The translations under genes were made by a program, and so were the position numbers. From a virus (Duplodnaviria > Heunggongvirae > Uroviricota > Caudoviricetes), in IMG/VR virus record IMGVR_UViG_2558860904_000026, positions 1 through 10,201 of that record: 10,201 nt of DNA, one strand, 5' to 3'. The notes beneath the pieces are model-generated. The model worked only from the letters and a program-made list of their open reading frames with translations. It did not search any database and had not been told where the DNA came from. Shown in pieces: positions 1 to 6,839 of the stretch. Numbering within the stretch: position 1 is the first letter of the stretch; every line of letters starts with the position of its first letter.

Positions 1-957
1 ATGTTAAAGATAATACCCGGTGCAACAGGATACTTTAATAAAACACTCAATTCAAATCAATTCGATAATGAAGATGCAATCAAAGGTAAAGTAAATAGTA
101 TATATGGTAAATCTATTGATTATTCAACGATGCGTCATCGGGATATAATTATTGCAAAAATAGATTTATTTATTCAAAGAATCACTCATAATTTATGGAC
201 TGCACGTGAAAAAAATGTGACGTTAATTAAGCAAATAAACGATCTCAAAATGTGTGTCAATGAGTATATTGGAGATTGTACTGATGAGGAATTAAACGAT
301 CGTGAATTTATTGCATCAGTTGTTGACAGGGCTATTTTTCATTTCGCGATTAATAGTATATGTAATCCCGAGGATAATAAAGATGCGACACTCATAGAAC
401 GATGTACTTTTGATGTAGAAACCAAGAATGGTCTTCCCTCCACGGTTCAGCTATTTTATGAGGAATCTAAAGATAATGAACCTTTAGCGAATATACATTT
501 GCAAGCAATAGGTTCTGGTTTCTTAACGTTTGTTAATGCCTGCCAGGAACATGATGACAACAGCTTAAAATTATTTGCTTCGCTGTTAATTTCCCTTTCA
601 TATTCTAGTGTCTACTCAGATTTTGCAGGAAGAGTGAATATTAATGAATATAATGATAACTACCTGAAAGCTCAGTTTGAAGAATTATCTCAACGTGATA
701 TGAAGAAGTACCTGGGAGAGATGAAGCGTCTGGCAGATGGGGGAGAAATGAATTTTGATGGCTATCTGGATAAGATGTCACATCTGGTGAATGAAGGAAC
801 GCTCGCCCCTGATATTTTAAGCAAAATGCGAGATGCTGCACCGAAATTAATTGACTTTGCTAAGTCGTTTGACCCAAACTCAAAGGAAAAGATTAAAATA
901 TATACAGGCACTTCTAAATTAATTTATGATTTATTCGGGGTTAAATCGGAGAAATAA
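1..957 (+). CDS. Hypothetical protein, 318 aa, strongly AT-rich; no family recognised. Sits upstream of the dusA 5' fragment, so probably host flank or an older island.
   Basis: Uninterrupted 957-nt ORF ending TAA, followed by a rho-independent terminator. Composition is visibly AT-rich with Lys/Asn/Asp/Ile-rich codons, unlike the tail genes. Begins with ATG at position 1, so the true start may lie upstream of the window; an internal ATG at 250 would give a 235-aa product. Any correspondence to the K-12 gene upstream of dusA (yjbM-like) is unverified recall. Confidence 0.55.
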   Translation: MLKIIPGATGYFNKTLNSNQFDNEDAIKGKVNSIYGKSIDYSTMRHRDIIIAKIDLFIQRITHNLWTAREKNVTLIKQINDLKMCVNEYIGDCTDEELNDREFIASVVDRAIFHFAINSICNPEDNKDATLIERCTFDVETKNGLPSTVQLFYEESKDNEPLANIHLQAIGSGFLTFVNACQEHDDNSLKLFASLLISLSYSSVYSDFAGRVNINEYNDNYLKAQFEELSQRDMKKYLGEMKRLADGGEMNFDGYLDKMSHLVNEGTLAPDILSKMRDAAPKLIDFAKSFDPNSKEKIKIYTGTSKLIYDLFGVKSEK

Positions 958-998
958 TATGTGAAGTTCTTCGATGGTATGAAAGGTATTACATAAAA

Positions 999-1027
999 GA
1001 ACCCAATGTTTATTGGGTTCTTTTTTT
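999..1027 (+). terminator. Rho-independent terminator after the 318-aa gene
   Basis: Inverted repeat agaacccaat / attgggttc with a 4-nt loop, followed directly by a T7 run (1021-1027). Confidence 0.7.
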
Positions 1028-1318
1028 CTCTATCAGTGCTATTAGCAGGGAGAGATATCACCGGAGTTTAATGTGTGATTTTTATTTATCGTCGAATCTG
1101 TATTGTTTATCATTGCTTTTCACAACGCTAACATCTAATAAGATTAGATATTCACTTCGTGAGAGCTTCATGCCTTGAGAGGATCTCAATTTTCTTTTGC
1201 AATGAGACAGGCGCTTCCTGTTGTTATGGTATAGTACCCCGTTATTGAGCCTCCTGAACAGTGATGCTGAATAACATAACCACATGATATATCGATAAAA
1301 TAATCTCTACATTTGAAA

Positions 1319-1441
1319 ATGCACGGTAATTCTGAAATGCAAAAAATCAACCAAACCAGCGCAATGCCTGAAAAAACTGACGTTCACTGGAGTGGTCGGT
1401 TTAGCGTTGCACCAATGCTCGATAGGATGTACCGTTTTTGA
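1319..1441 (+). pseudogene. dusA: Orphan 5' fragment of dusA (tRNA-dihydrouridine synthase A): about 35 native N-terminal codons, then unrelated sequence and a stop
   Basis: Translation MHGNSEMQKINQTSAMPEKTDVHWSGRFSVAPMLD matches the E. coli DusA N-terminus as I recall it (native continues WTDRHCRYF). Here the frame continues RMYRF-stop, so homology ends after codon GAT at 1421-1423. Confidence 0.7.
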
Positions 1442-1531
1442 AAAACAAATAGTTATATACTTTGTGGGAGCCTATTGGGAACCCGGCGTTTTCATTTCAA
1501 GGTGTAATCCATACGCGGCTTAAGAATGAGA

Positions 1532-1537
1532 TATAAT
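1532..1537 (+). promoter_or_regulatory. Candidate -10 hexamer (TATAAT) about 30 nt upstream of the GNAT-like gene
   Basis: Perfect TATAAT at 1532-1537; no convincing -35 at 17-bp spacing (ccatac). Weak call. Confidence 0.25.
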
Positions 1538-1566
1538 GCGACTTTTAGTGTTCCGCTTGAGAGGCC

Positions 1567-2103
1567 ATGATGCTTACCCTGGACGAGATAGGTCAATCAG
1601 TACGTAACAATATCCAGTTGATTATTGATCATGTCGGCTTACCTCTTGCTGTTGGTCCGCTCAGTGATGATGATTACAAGATTCTGTGTGGTGGCTATGG
1701 TGAGCTTGAATGGGACTATGCGTTAAGTACCTATGGCAACTCCAGAGAAAAGTATGAGTTCTGCATAAAACTTGTTCAGCAAGGTCGGGTTCAGGGAATA
1801 CCATCAGGAGCAGCAATTTGTGTTTATGGGGTTGAAGAAAACATCTTTCGTATCCATATGATCGAAAGGTTTTCTAGAGAAGATGAATCTCACCCATTGA
1901 AAGGGCGCATGGTTTTACTCACTCTTATGAGTGCTTTTATATTTTGTAAAGCTGTTGAATGTAAAGTTGTCCACATTGTAGAGCCAGTACCAGAACTGGT
2001 GCAGTATTACGAGTCTTTTGGTTTCCGCATGGAACAGTGCGGTTATGTGATGTCGGCAGTCATTGATGAGCTGCAGGATATCTTTCTTAAATTTGCTCAG
2101 TAG
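1567..2103 (+). CDS. GNAT-fold (N-acetyltransferase-like) protein, 178 aa, first gene inside the element after the dusA junction
   Basis: ORF with SD-like GAGAGG (1559-1564); tandem ATGs at 1567 and 1570, and 1570 has the better spacing. C-terminal half has GNAT-like layout: beta strand ICVYGVEENIFRIHMIERF, then HPLKGRMVLLTLMSAF, then YYESFGF resembling the Y-x-x-GF motif. No canonical Q/R-x-x-G-x-G/A acetyl-CoA motif, so the fold assignment is tentative. Confidence 0.6.
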   Translation: MMLTLDEIGQSVRNNIQLIIDHVGLPLAVGPLSDDDYKILCGGYGELEWDYALSTYGNSREKYEFCIKLVQQGRVQGIPSGAAICVYGVEENIFRIHMIERFSREDESHPLKGRMVLLTLMSAFIFCKAVECKVVHIVEPVPELVQYYESFGFRMEQCGYVMSAVIDELQDIFLKFAQ

Positions 2104-2120
2104 GTATAGACGAGAAGGGT

Positions 2121-2133
2121 CTACAAATTGTAG
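2121..2133. promoter_or_regulatory. Short palindrome ctacaa-a-ttgtag immediately after the GNAT-like gene stop
   Basis: 6-bp perfect inverted repeat around a single central base, embedded in a longer imperfect palindrome (gggtctacaaattgtaggataccc). No T-run follows, so not a classic terminator. Confidence 0.25.
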
Positions 2134-2208
2134 GATACCCGTCCAGATTACCTTAAAGGTACATCTATGGCAGTCGTTTTGTGCTTAAACTACTAAGAAA
2201 CGATGTCA

Positions 2209-2229
2209 CCAATCGACATGATCGATTGG
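2209..2229. promoter_or_regulatory. Operator-like inverted repeat ccaatcga-N5-tcgattgg upstream of the 57-aa gene
   Basis: Perfect 8-bp arms with a 5-bp spacer, about 70 bp upstream of the ATG at 2300; overlaps a TTGGCA hexamer. Confidence 0.3.
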
Positions 2230-2299
2230 CATAAGTTAGCGAAACAAGCTAGCTTTAAAGAAAGGGTTAGAGACGCCTTTACTGTCTCGGGAGTTTTCT

Positions 2300-2473
2300 A
2301 TGAAAGATCAAAAAGCAACCAAGCCACAGGTTAAGTTCGACACAATGAAAGCATTCGCAGGTATGGGTGCTGCTGTTGAAGTTCTGATGAAGGCTGCTCC
2401 TAATGCGTTCACTCACGCTACTGTCTCTGGTAAAGAGCAGCAGGGTAAGCTTCGTCGTCGCAAAGCAGCATGA
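2300..2473 (+). CDS. Small hypothetical protein, 57 aa, basic C-terminus (MKDQKATKPQVKFDTMKAFAGMGAAVEVLMKAAPNAFTHATVSGKEQQGKLRRRKAA)
   Basis: Not in the supplied ORF track (below its size cut-off). Found by hand: SD GGGAG at 2289-2293, 6-nt spacer, ATG at 2300, stop TGA at 2471-2473, then a strong terminator. Confidence 0.5.
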   Translation: MKDQKATKPQVKFDTMKAFAGMGAAVEVLMKAAPNAFTHATVSGKEQQGKLRRRKAA

Positions 2474-2492
2474 TCATAGCTGGTGCTTTTTG

Positions 2493-2518
2493 AAAACCCG
2501 CCTTCAGGCGGGTTTTTT
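2493..2518. terminator. Bidirectional rho-independent terminator between the converging 57-aa gene (+) and PrtN-like gene (-)
   Basis: aaaa-cccgcc-ttca-ggcggg-tttttt: GC-rich 6-bp stem with 4-nt loop, A-run on one side and T-run on the other, so it can terminate both strands. Confidence 0.75.
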
Positions 2519-2520
2519 CT

Positions 2521-2802
2521 TTAGTGATGTTCTTTGTCCTTCTGTTTGACTGTTCTGACCTGTTCCCACTCGATACGTCCTTCTTCTCGCCTTTTGTCTA
2601 TGTATTCCGCAAGATCTTGAATATTGATGCAACGTTTTGCTTTTTGTGATGTGCCGATGCGATATGTTGGAACGGGCAACTTACAAGCGTTTGCTTTTGC
2701 TTCTGCCGTGGCTGGACTCATACCAAAGTACTTTTGGCTAACTGCTGAGAGTTCAATGTTTGGGGTATTGAATTCAGCCATCAGTAAAAACAAGGTGTTC
2801 AT
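2521..2802 (-). CDS. PrtN-like small DNA-binding protein (putative phage transcriptional activator or excisionase-like), about 93 aa
   Basis: Minus-strand ORF; the track start at 2829 is GTG. The ATG at 2802 has SD GGAG with a 6-nt spacer and gives MNTLFLLMAEFNTPNIELSAVSQKYFGMSPATAEAKANACKLPVPTYRIG..., which I recognise as the PrtN/pyocin-activator-like family common in enterobacterial prophage early regions. Recall only. Confidence 0.6.
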   Translation of the reverse strand: MNTLFLLMAEFNTPNIELSAVSQKYFGMSPATAEAKANACKLPVPTYRIGTSQKAKRCINIQDLAEYIDKRREEGRIEWEQVRTVKQKDKEHH

Positions 2803-2838
2803 AATTTTCTCCATCAAAACCGGCTGCACCCGGGAAAA

Positions 2839-3213
2839 TCATAATTCTGTGCTGGTGGCAGGAATTAATTTCTGCCAGATAGCGGAAACATATTTTGCCT
2901 GATGACGGGCATCAGCCAGGGCGTTGTGCCGTTCGCCATCGAAAGGCATGTCCATTTTGGGGTCGAATCCGATGGAACGCCCAAGCGTAACGATCGTGCG
3001 TACATCGTGGTCATTCCAGTACGCCCACGGGCAGATTTGTCCTGCTCGCTCGTAAGCTCCACGTAAAATTACGTTGTCGAAGGTGGCCCCGTTACCCCAG
3101 ACTTTTAAATATTTCGTATTGTCTGCGTGCCGGTTAATGAAATGGTTTAGTTCTGAGAGAGCATCGCTGATCGACAAAGTATCATCAATACTTCCAGCGA
3201 TACCAGCGCGACT
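2839..3213 (-). pseudogene. DnaQ-like (DEDDh) 3'-5' exonuclease, C-terminal part only; N-terminus lost or frameshifted
   Basis: Translation ...WGNGATFDNVILRGAYERAG...HNALADARHQAKYVSAIWQKL carries Exo II-like (FDN) and Exo III-like (H-x-A-x-x-DA) motifs. The frame is open upstream only to a stop at 3214-3216, has no ATG and starts at TTG in the track. No Exo I (D-x-E) segment is present in this frame. Confidence 0.6.
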
Positions 3214-3344
3214 TTAAATGCGGTAAGTACGTTTTTAACCACATCGATTTTGAATACTATTTCATCACATACAAACGATTTATCGTCTACTACCGTTTCA
3301 ATTCCGGTAATCGTGTTTTGTAGCCATTTGGTTAATTCAGCCAT
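3147..3344 (-). CDS. 65-aa ORF overlapping the exonuclease fragment in the +1 frame; possibly a displaced or replaced N-terminal segment
   Basis: ATG at 3344, stop at 3147. Overlaps the exonuclease frame by about 65 nt one frame off; a single-nucleotide indel between about 3180 and 3250 would fuse them. No recognisable motif; weak SD. Confidence 0.3.
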   Translation of the reverse strand: MAELTKWLQNTITGIETVVDDKSFVCDEIVFKIDVVKNVLTAFKVALVSLEVLMILCRSAMLSQN

Positions 3345-3352
3345 TTTTCATT

Positions 3353-3369
3353 ACCGCCCTTTCGGGCGG
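3353..3369 (-). promoter_or_regulatory. GC-rich hairpin (accgccc-tttc-gggcggt) in the leader 9 nt upstream of the 65-aa ORF start
   Basis: 7-bp perfect stem with tetraloop; no U-run on either strand, so not a terminator. Possible RNA structure in a 5' UTR. Confidence 0.25.
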
Positions 3370-3490
3370 TCTCCTGATGTTCTGAGGGTGCAGGAATCCC
3401 TCCGGTTAAGGATTAAATTTTATTTACAGAACTGAATTTAATTATTCAGATATACGTATCTGTAACCTTACGAACCTACTCACTGGATGC

Positions 3491-3997
3491 CTATTTCATA
3501 AAAATAATCCAGTGGGTTTTATCGTTTTTTCCTGTTCGTTGACCGATAACAGGTTTTCTGTCGGTCAGTACCAATATCTGGCGAACAGGTATTTGCGTTT
3601 CATTCCATTTAAAAATCAGAACGCCGGATGGACGCAACACACGAAAGGCTTCTTTAAATCCCTGCCGCAAATCATCACGCTAGGTATCTTTATTCAGCCG
3701 TCCATATTTCTTTCCCATCCAGGCGTTATCACCAACACGCTCAAGATGCGGAGGGTCGAATATAACCATCGAAAAAGATGCGTCTGCAAATGGTAGTGCA
3801 CGAAAATCAGCTATCAGATCAGGACTGATAATCAGGCGTCGTCCATCACACAATGTGTGCTCTTCCTTTCTGATATCGCTAAATATCGCCCGGTCGTCAT
3901 TCTTATCGAACCAGAACATGCGACTGCCACAGCACATGTCGAGGATTGCTGCATGTCCAGTCACTGGCTGCCTCCTTTGCGAAGCCGTTCCGCCCAT
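3491..3997 (-). pseudogene. Class I SAM-dependent methyltransferase (about 167 aa) interrupted by an in-frame amber (TAG) codon at 3680-3682
   Basis: N-terminal 105 aa contain motif I-like ILDMCCGS, an acidic loop, and LPFADASFSMVIFDPPH. After the TAG the same frame stays open for 62 more codons (RDDLRQGFKEAFRVLRPSGVLIFKWN...) including an RVL-x-P-G-G-like methyltransferase motif, and ends at a stop at 3491-3493. I translated the downstream segment by hand. Confidence 0.6.
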
Positions 3998-4311
3998 TCT
4001 TCAAGGGATTTCTCTGCATATTCACCGGACAGGCCATCAATCGGATGCGATTCATTAGCTAACTCTTCTTTTGCTGACAGAATCATGCGTGTAACGTCGA
4101 AAACTTCAGCCAAAGGCTTATTGATAAATCCGTGATTGAAAGCAGCAGCAAGACGGCTTGCGGTATAGTTAATACCCTCGTTGCGAGCCTCAGCACGTAC
4201 TTCATCGAATTTACGCACCAGATACTCAGCATTTGTTTCATTCACTTTCAGATCTCGCGGTACACATTTCCCGCGAAGAAACCCTTCCATTTCGAAAACA
4301 TTCATGCGCAT
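3961..4311 (-). CDS. Hypothetical prophage early-region protein, 116 aa
   Basis: ATG at 4311 preceded by SD GGAG with an 8-nt spacer. Its start overlaps the HD gene stop (ATGCGCATGA) and its 3' end overlaps the methyltransferase start by 37 nt, which suggests translational coupling. No motif recognised. Confidence 0.55.
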   Translation of the reverse strand: MRMNVFEMEGFLRGKCVPRDLKVNETNAEYLVRKFDEVRAEARNEGINYTASRLAAAFNHGFINKPLAEVFDVTRMILSAKEELANESHPIDGLSGEYAEKSLEEWAERLRKGGSQ

Positions 4312-4838
4312 TTGTGTAACTCCGATAACTCGTTAAAACGTTCCATAAACATCCCGTAGGCATGGCTAGGTGCCAGTGGAATCACGTTGAACATCTCTGT
4401 TGCCGGGATGCCTTCCAGTACAGGCCAGAAAGAGCCATCATCAAGCCCGAGATCGCGGCGTTCGGTTGCCAGCATGATAAGATCGGCATATTTCACGGGC
4501 GTACTCATAACTGGGGGTAACCCGTATTTCTCACGGATTACGGCGTCAATTTTTTCTTCCATCCGTTTATAGTCAGGAAGAAGGCGTTTCAGTGGAGCGG
4601 GGATGTCCTGGCAATACGCTTCTGTTGCATCATGCATTAATGCTTCAAAAGCAAATTCCTGCGGTACCAGCTGGCTGCAAAGAACCGCATGTTGGGCGAC
4701 GCTGTAGAAGTGCGAAAGATGACCGGCAAAGCGACAGATATTTGAAAGGGAAACCGCGATATCGTTAATATCGATGTCGTCTTTATTTATCCTGTCATAA
4801 TAAAAATGCTTCCCGGAAAAAGTTTTAATAAATGACAT
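4302..4838 (-). CDS. HD-domain phosphohydrolase (YfdR-like 5'-deoxynucleotidase family), 178 aa
   Basis: Translation contains H...HD metal-binding signature (SVAQHAV ... LMHDATEAY) typical of HD hydrolases. The track start at 4865 is GTG; the ATG at 4838 has SD GGAG with a 6-nt spacer and gives 178 aa, the length I recall for E. coli YfdR. Confidence 0.7.
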   Translation of the reverse strand: MSFIKTFSGKHFYYDRINKDDIDINDIAVSLSNICRFAGHLSHFYSVAQHAVLCSQLVPQEFAFEALMHDATEAYCQDIPAPLKRLLPDYKRMEEKIDAVIREKYGLPPVMSTPVKYADLIMLATERRDLGLDDGSFWPVLEGIPATEMFNVIPLAPSHAYGMFMERFNELSELHKCA

Positions 4839-4931
4839 TTTGTTCTCCACGTATATGCGCTGCACCGCGCTGAATTCTGGTAAAAAGAATCCCTCACCAT
4901 CCGGCGATTATTGAGTAAATTACGTTTCCAT

Positions 4932-4953
4932 AAATGCCCCCTCAGGGGCATTT
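4932..4953 (-). terminator. Perfect 9-bp hairpin (aaatgcccc-ctca-ggggcattt) 13 nt downstream of the 128-aa ORF stop; weak terminator or RNA stability element
   Basis: Perfect inverted repeat with 4-nt loop; the only U residues are those within the stem, so intrinsic termination is uncertain. Confidence 0.3.
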
Positions 4954-4965
4954 GCAGTAATGAAA

Positions 4966-5352
4966 TCAGGCGGTGAAAGTACCAATAAAGGTTTCTACTT
5001 TGCTGTCCTTGAATTTCTCAACAAGCAGATCACGAAATTCGTTAGCCATTTCTTCCTGCACCGCCTCCAGCTGAATAATGCGCAGAACCAGTACCGGACG
5101 ATCGCCAGTGATAATGCTGAGGCGTAATTTAAACGGACGTTCTTTCAGACCTTCAAACGGAATGCATTTAAATTCAAATGCCACTGGCATAATGTCTTTG
5201 GTCTTCGCTTCGACAGACTCCATCAGGGAGCGTTTGCCGCTGAAGTCATTATCTTCAAAATCAGCGGTCTGGTTTGCTTCAATCGTGATTTTACGGACCG
5301 CCGCAGCCGCTTTTGTTGCCTGAATGGTGTCACCATTAGCATCAAAGCCCAC
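4966..5352 (-). pseudogene. Hypothetical early-region protein, probably 5'-truncated at the deletion junction with the J fragment
   Basis: Frame is open from 5406 down to the stop at 4966 but has no ATG; the first possible start is GTG at 5352. The upstream end abuts and overlaps sequence that encodes J-like protein on the opposite strand. Confidence 0.45.
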
Positions 5353-6110
5353 AAGGTAGTCGGCCCAGTCTTCAATCCATTCTGGTTGCCGCCAATCGTA
5401 TCGCGTTTATTGACCCGGCAAACGGGAATGAAACGCCGATGTTTGTGGCGCAGGGCAACCAGATATTCATGAACGACGTGTTCCTGAAGCGCCTGACGGC
5501 CCCCACCATTACCAGCGGTGGAAATCCACCGGTATTTTCCCTGACATCAGACGGAAAGCTGACCGCTAAAAATGCGGATATCAGTGGCAGTGTGAATGCG
5601 AACTCCGGGACGCTCAACAACGTCACGGTAAATGAAAACTGTACGATTAAGGGCATGCTGGAGGCGACTCAGGTCAGAGGTGACTTCGTTAAAGCTGTAT
5701 CCAAATCATTTCCGAAACAGGCTGGTACGTGGGGTAACACGGAAACACCAAACGGGACGGTTACAGTCACCATCAGCGATGATCATAACTTTGACCGTCA
5801 AATCATTATTCCGCCCATTATCTTTAACGGAATAGCGTATAGCGATCCGGGAAGTGGTAATAACCCGGGAGGTACAAGATACACGGGTTATGGTTTTGAA
5901 GTTCGCAAAAACGGTGTATTAATCGCATCCAGAGAAACTAAAGGGGCCATTCCCGGTAGCTACAGTGCGGTTATTGATATGCCGAGTGGCAGGGGAAGCG
6001 TCACTCTGGAGTTTAAGGTTTTCCATAAAGGCAATCAGCGGGCAGGTAATATCACCGACTGTACGGTGATTGTGACCAAAAAAGCGGCTTCCGGCATCAG
6101 TATCCGTTGA
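5340..6110 (+). pseudogene. J: C-terminal (receptor-binding) fragment of a lambda J-like central tail fibre / host specificity protein
   Basis: Translation ...[74 protein letters not shown]... matches what I recall of the lambda J C-terminus, and it sits directly upstream of lom-stf-tfa as in lambda. Frame opens only at 5340; lambda J is over 1100 aa, so roughly the first 900 codons are missing. Confidence 0.7.
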
Positions 6111-6132
6111 AATATTTATAACCCTAATAACG

Positions 6133-6156
6133 GGCGCCAGAAATGGCGCCTTTTTT
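6133..6156 (+). terminator. Rho-independent terminator between the J fragment and lom
   Basis: ggcgcca-gaaa-tggcgcc stem with GNRA-type tetraloop, followed by T6 (6151-6156). Confidence 0.75.
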
Positions 6157-6180
6157 ATTGCAGAAAATCGGGAGGTAATT

Positions 6181-6780
6181 ATGCGTAAAGTTTGTGCAGC
6201 AATTTTGTCCGCAGCCATTTGTCTGGCCGTATCCGGTGTGCCTGCATGGGCGTCTGAGCATCAGTCCACGCTGAGCGCAGGATATCTTCATGCCAGTACG
6301 GACGCTCCCGGCAGCGATGATCTGAACGGGATTAACGTGAAATACCGTTATGAGTTTACGGACACACTGGGGCTGATTACGTCCTTCAGTTATGCCAACG
6401 CCGAAGATGAGCAAAAAACGCATTACAGCGATACCCGCTGGCATGAGGATTACGTGCGTAACCGCTGGTTCAGCGTGATGGCAGGGCCGTCTGTGCGTGT
6501 GAATGAATGGTTCAGTGCGTATGCGATGGCGGGTGTGGCTTACAGCCGTGTGTCGACTTTTTCCGGGGATTATTTCCGCGTAACTGACAACAAGAGGAAA
6601 ACGCACGACGTGCTGACCGGAAGTGATGACGCTCGCTACAGCAACACATCTCTGGCGTGGGGGGCTGGCGTGCAGTTTAACCCGACCGAATCAGTGGCCG
6701 TTGATGTCGCTTATGAAGGCTCCGGCAGCGGTGACTGGCGCACTGACGGTTTCATCGTGGGTGTCGGTTATAAATTTTGA
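6181..6780 (+). CDS. lom: Lom-family outer-membrane beta-barrel protein (Ail/Lom/OmpX family), 199 aa
   Basis: SD GGAGG (6171-6175), ATG at 6181. N-terminal signal peptide MRKVCAAILSAAICLAVSGVPAWA. C-terminus ...VDVAYEGSGSGDWRTDGFIVGVGYKF matches the lambda Lom C-terminus as recalled. Canonical position between J and stf. Confidence 0.9.
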   Translation: MRKVCAAILSAAICLAVSGVPAWASEHQSTLSAGYLHASTDAPGSDDLNGINVKYRYEFTDTLGLITSFSYANAEDEQKTHYSDTRWHEDYVRNRWFSVMAGPSVRVNEWFSAYAMAGVAYSRVSTFSGDYFRVTDNKRKTHDVLTGSDDARYSNTSLAWGAGVQFNPTESVAVDVAYEGSGSGDWRTDGFIVGVGYKF

Positions 6781-6801
6781 TTAGTAACACAGCGTTATGA
6801 C

Positions 6802-6829
6802 AGCCCGCCGGTTCAGGCGGGCTTTTTTG
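6802..6829 (+). terminator. Rho-independent terminator after lom
   Basis: agcccgcc-ggttca-ggcgggct stem-loop followed by T6 (6824-6829). Confidence 0.75.
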
Positions 6830-6839
6830 TGGAGTGGGT

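Noticed and set aside
1082-1285. 67-aa basic ORF on the - strand in the intergenic region upstream of the dusA fragment
   Set aside because: No RBS, lies in what should be the dusA promoter and leader region, composition typical of random AT-rich ORFs. Not excluded, but unsupported.
2226-2259. Possible sigma70 promoter (TTGGCA ... TTTAAA) for the 57-aa gene
   Set aside because: Spacing between the candidate -35 and any -10-like hexamer is about 22 bp and the -10 match is poor; not reported as a promoter.
2624-2902. 92-aa + strand ORF (also 3250-3435, 3855-4058, 3857-4135, 4132-4359, 4387-4572, 5078-5323 on +, and 2865-3062 on -)
   Set aside because: All lie antisense or off-frame to the minus-strand early-gene block, which has better starts, RBSs and motif support.
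3478-3517. Inverted repeat cactggat ... atccagtg followed by T-rich sequence, considered as a + strand terminator or att site
   Set aside because: It lies inside the methyltransferase C-terminal coding sequence on the opposite strand with an 18-nt loop; more likely coincidental than a functional terminator.
3512-3796. 94-aa + strand ORF
   Set aside because: Antisense to the methyltransferase coding region (including the segment downstream of the amber codon); explained by the opposite-strand gene.
5439-6110. Calling the 223-aa ORF an intact gene starting at ATG 5439
   Set aside because: The J-like frame is open upstream to 5340 and homology begins before the ATG; the Met is internal to a truncated J protein, so it is annotated as a fragment.
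6124-6606. 160-aa - strand ORF overlapping lom (also 5919-6218 -, 5372-5656 -, 5632-5835 +)
   Set aside because: Antisense or off-frame to the confidently identified lom and J-fragment coding regions.
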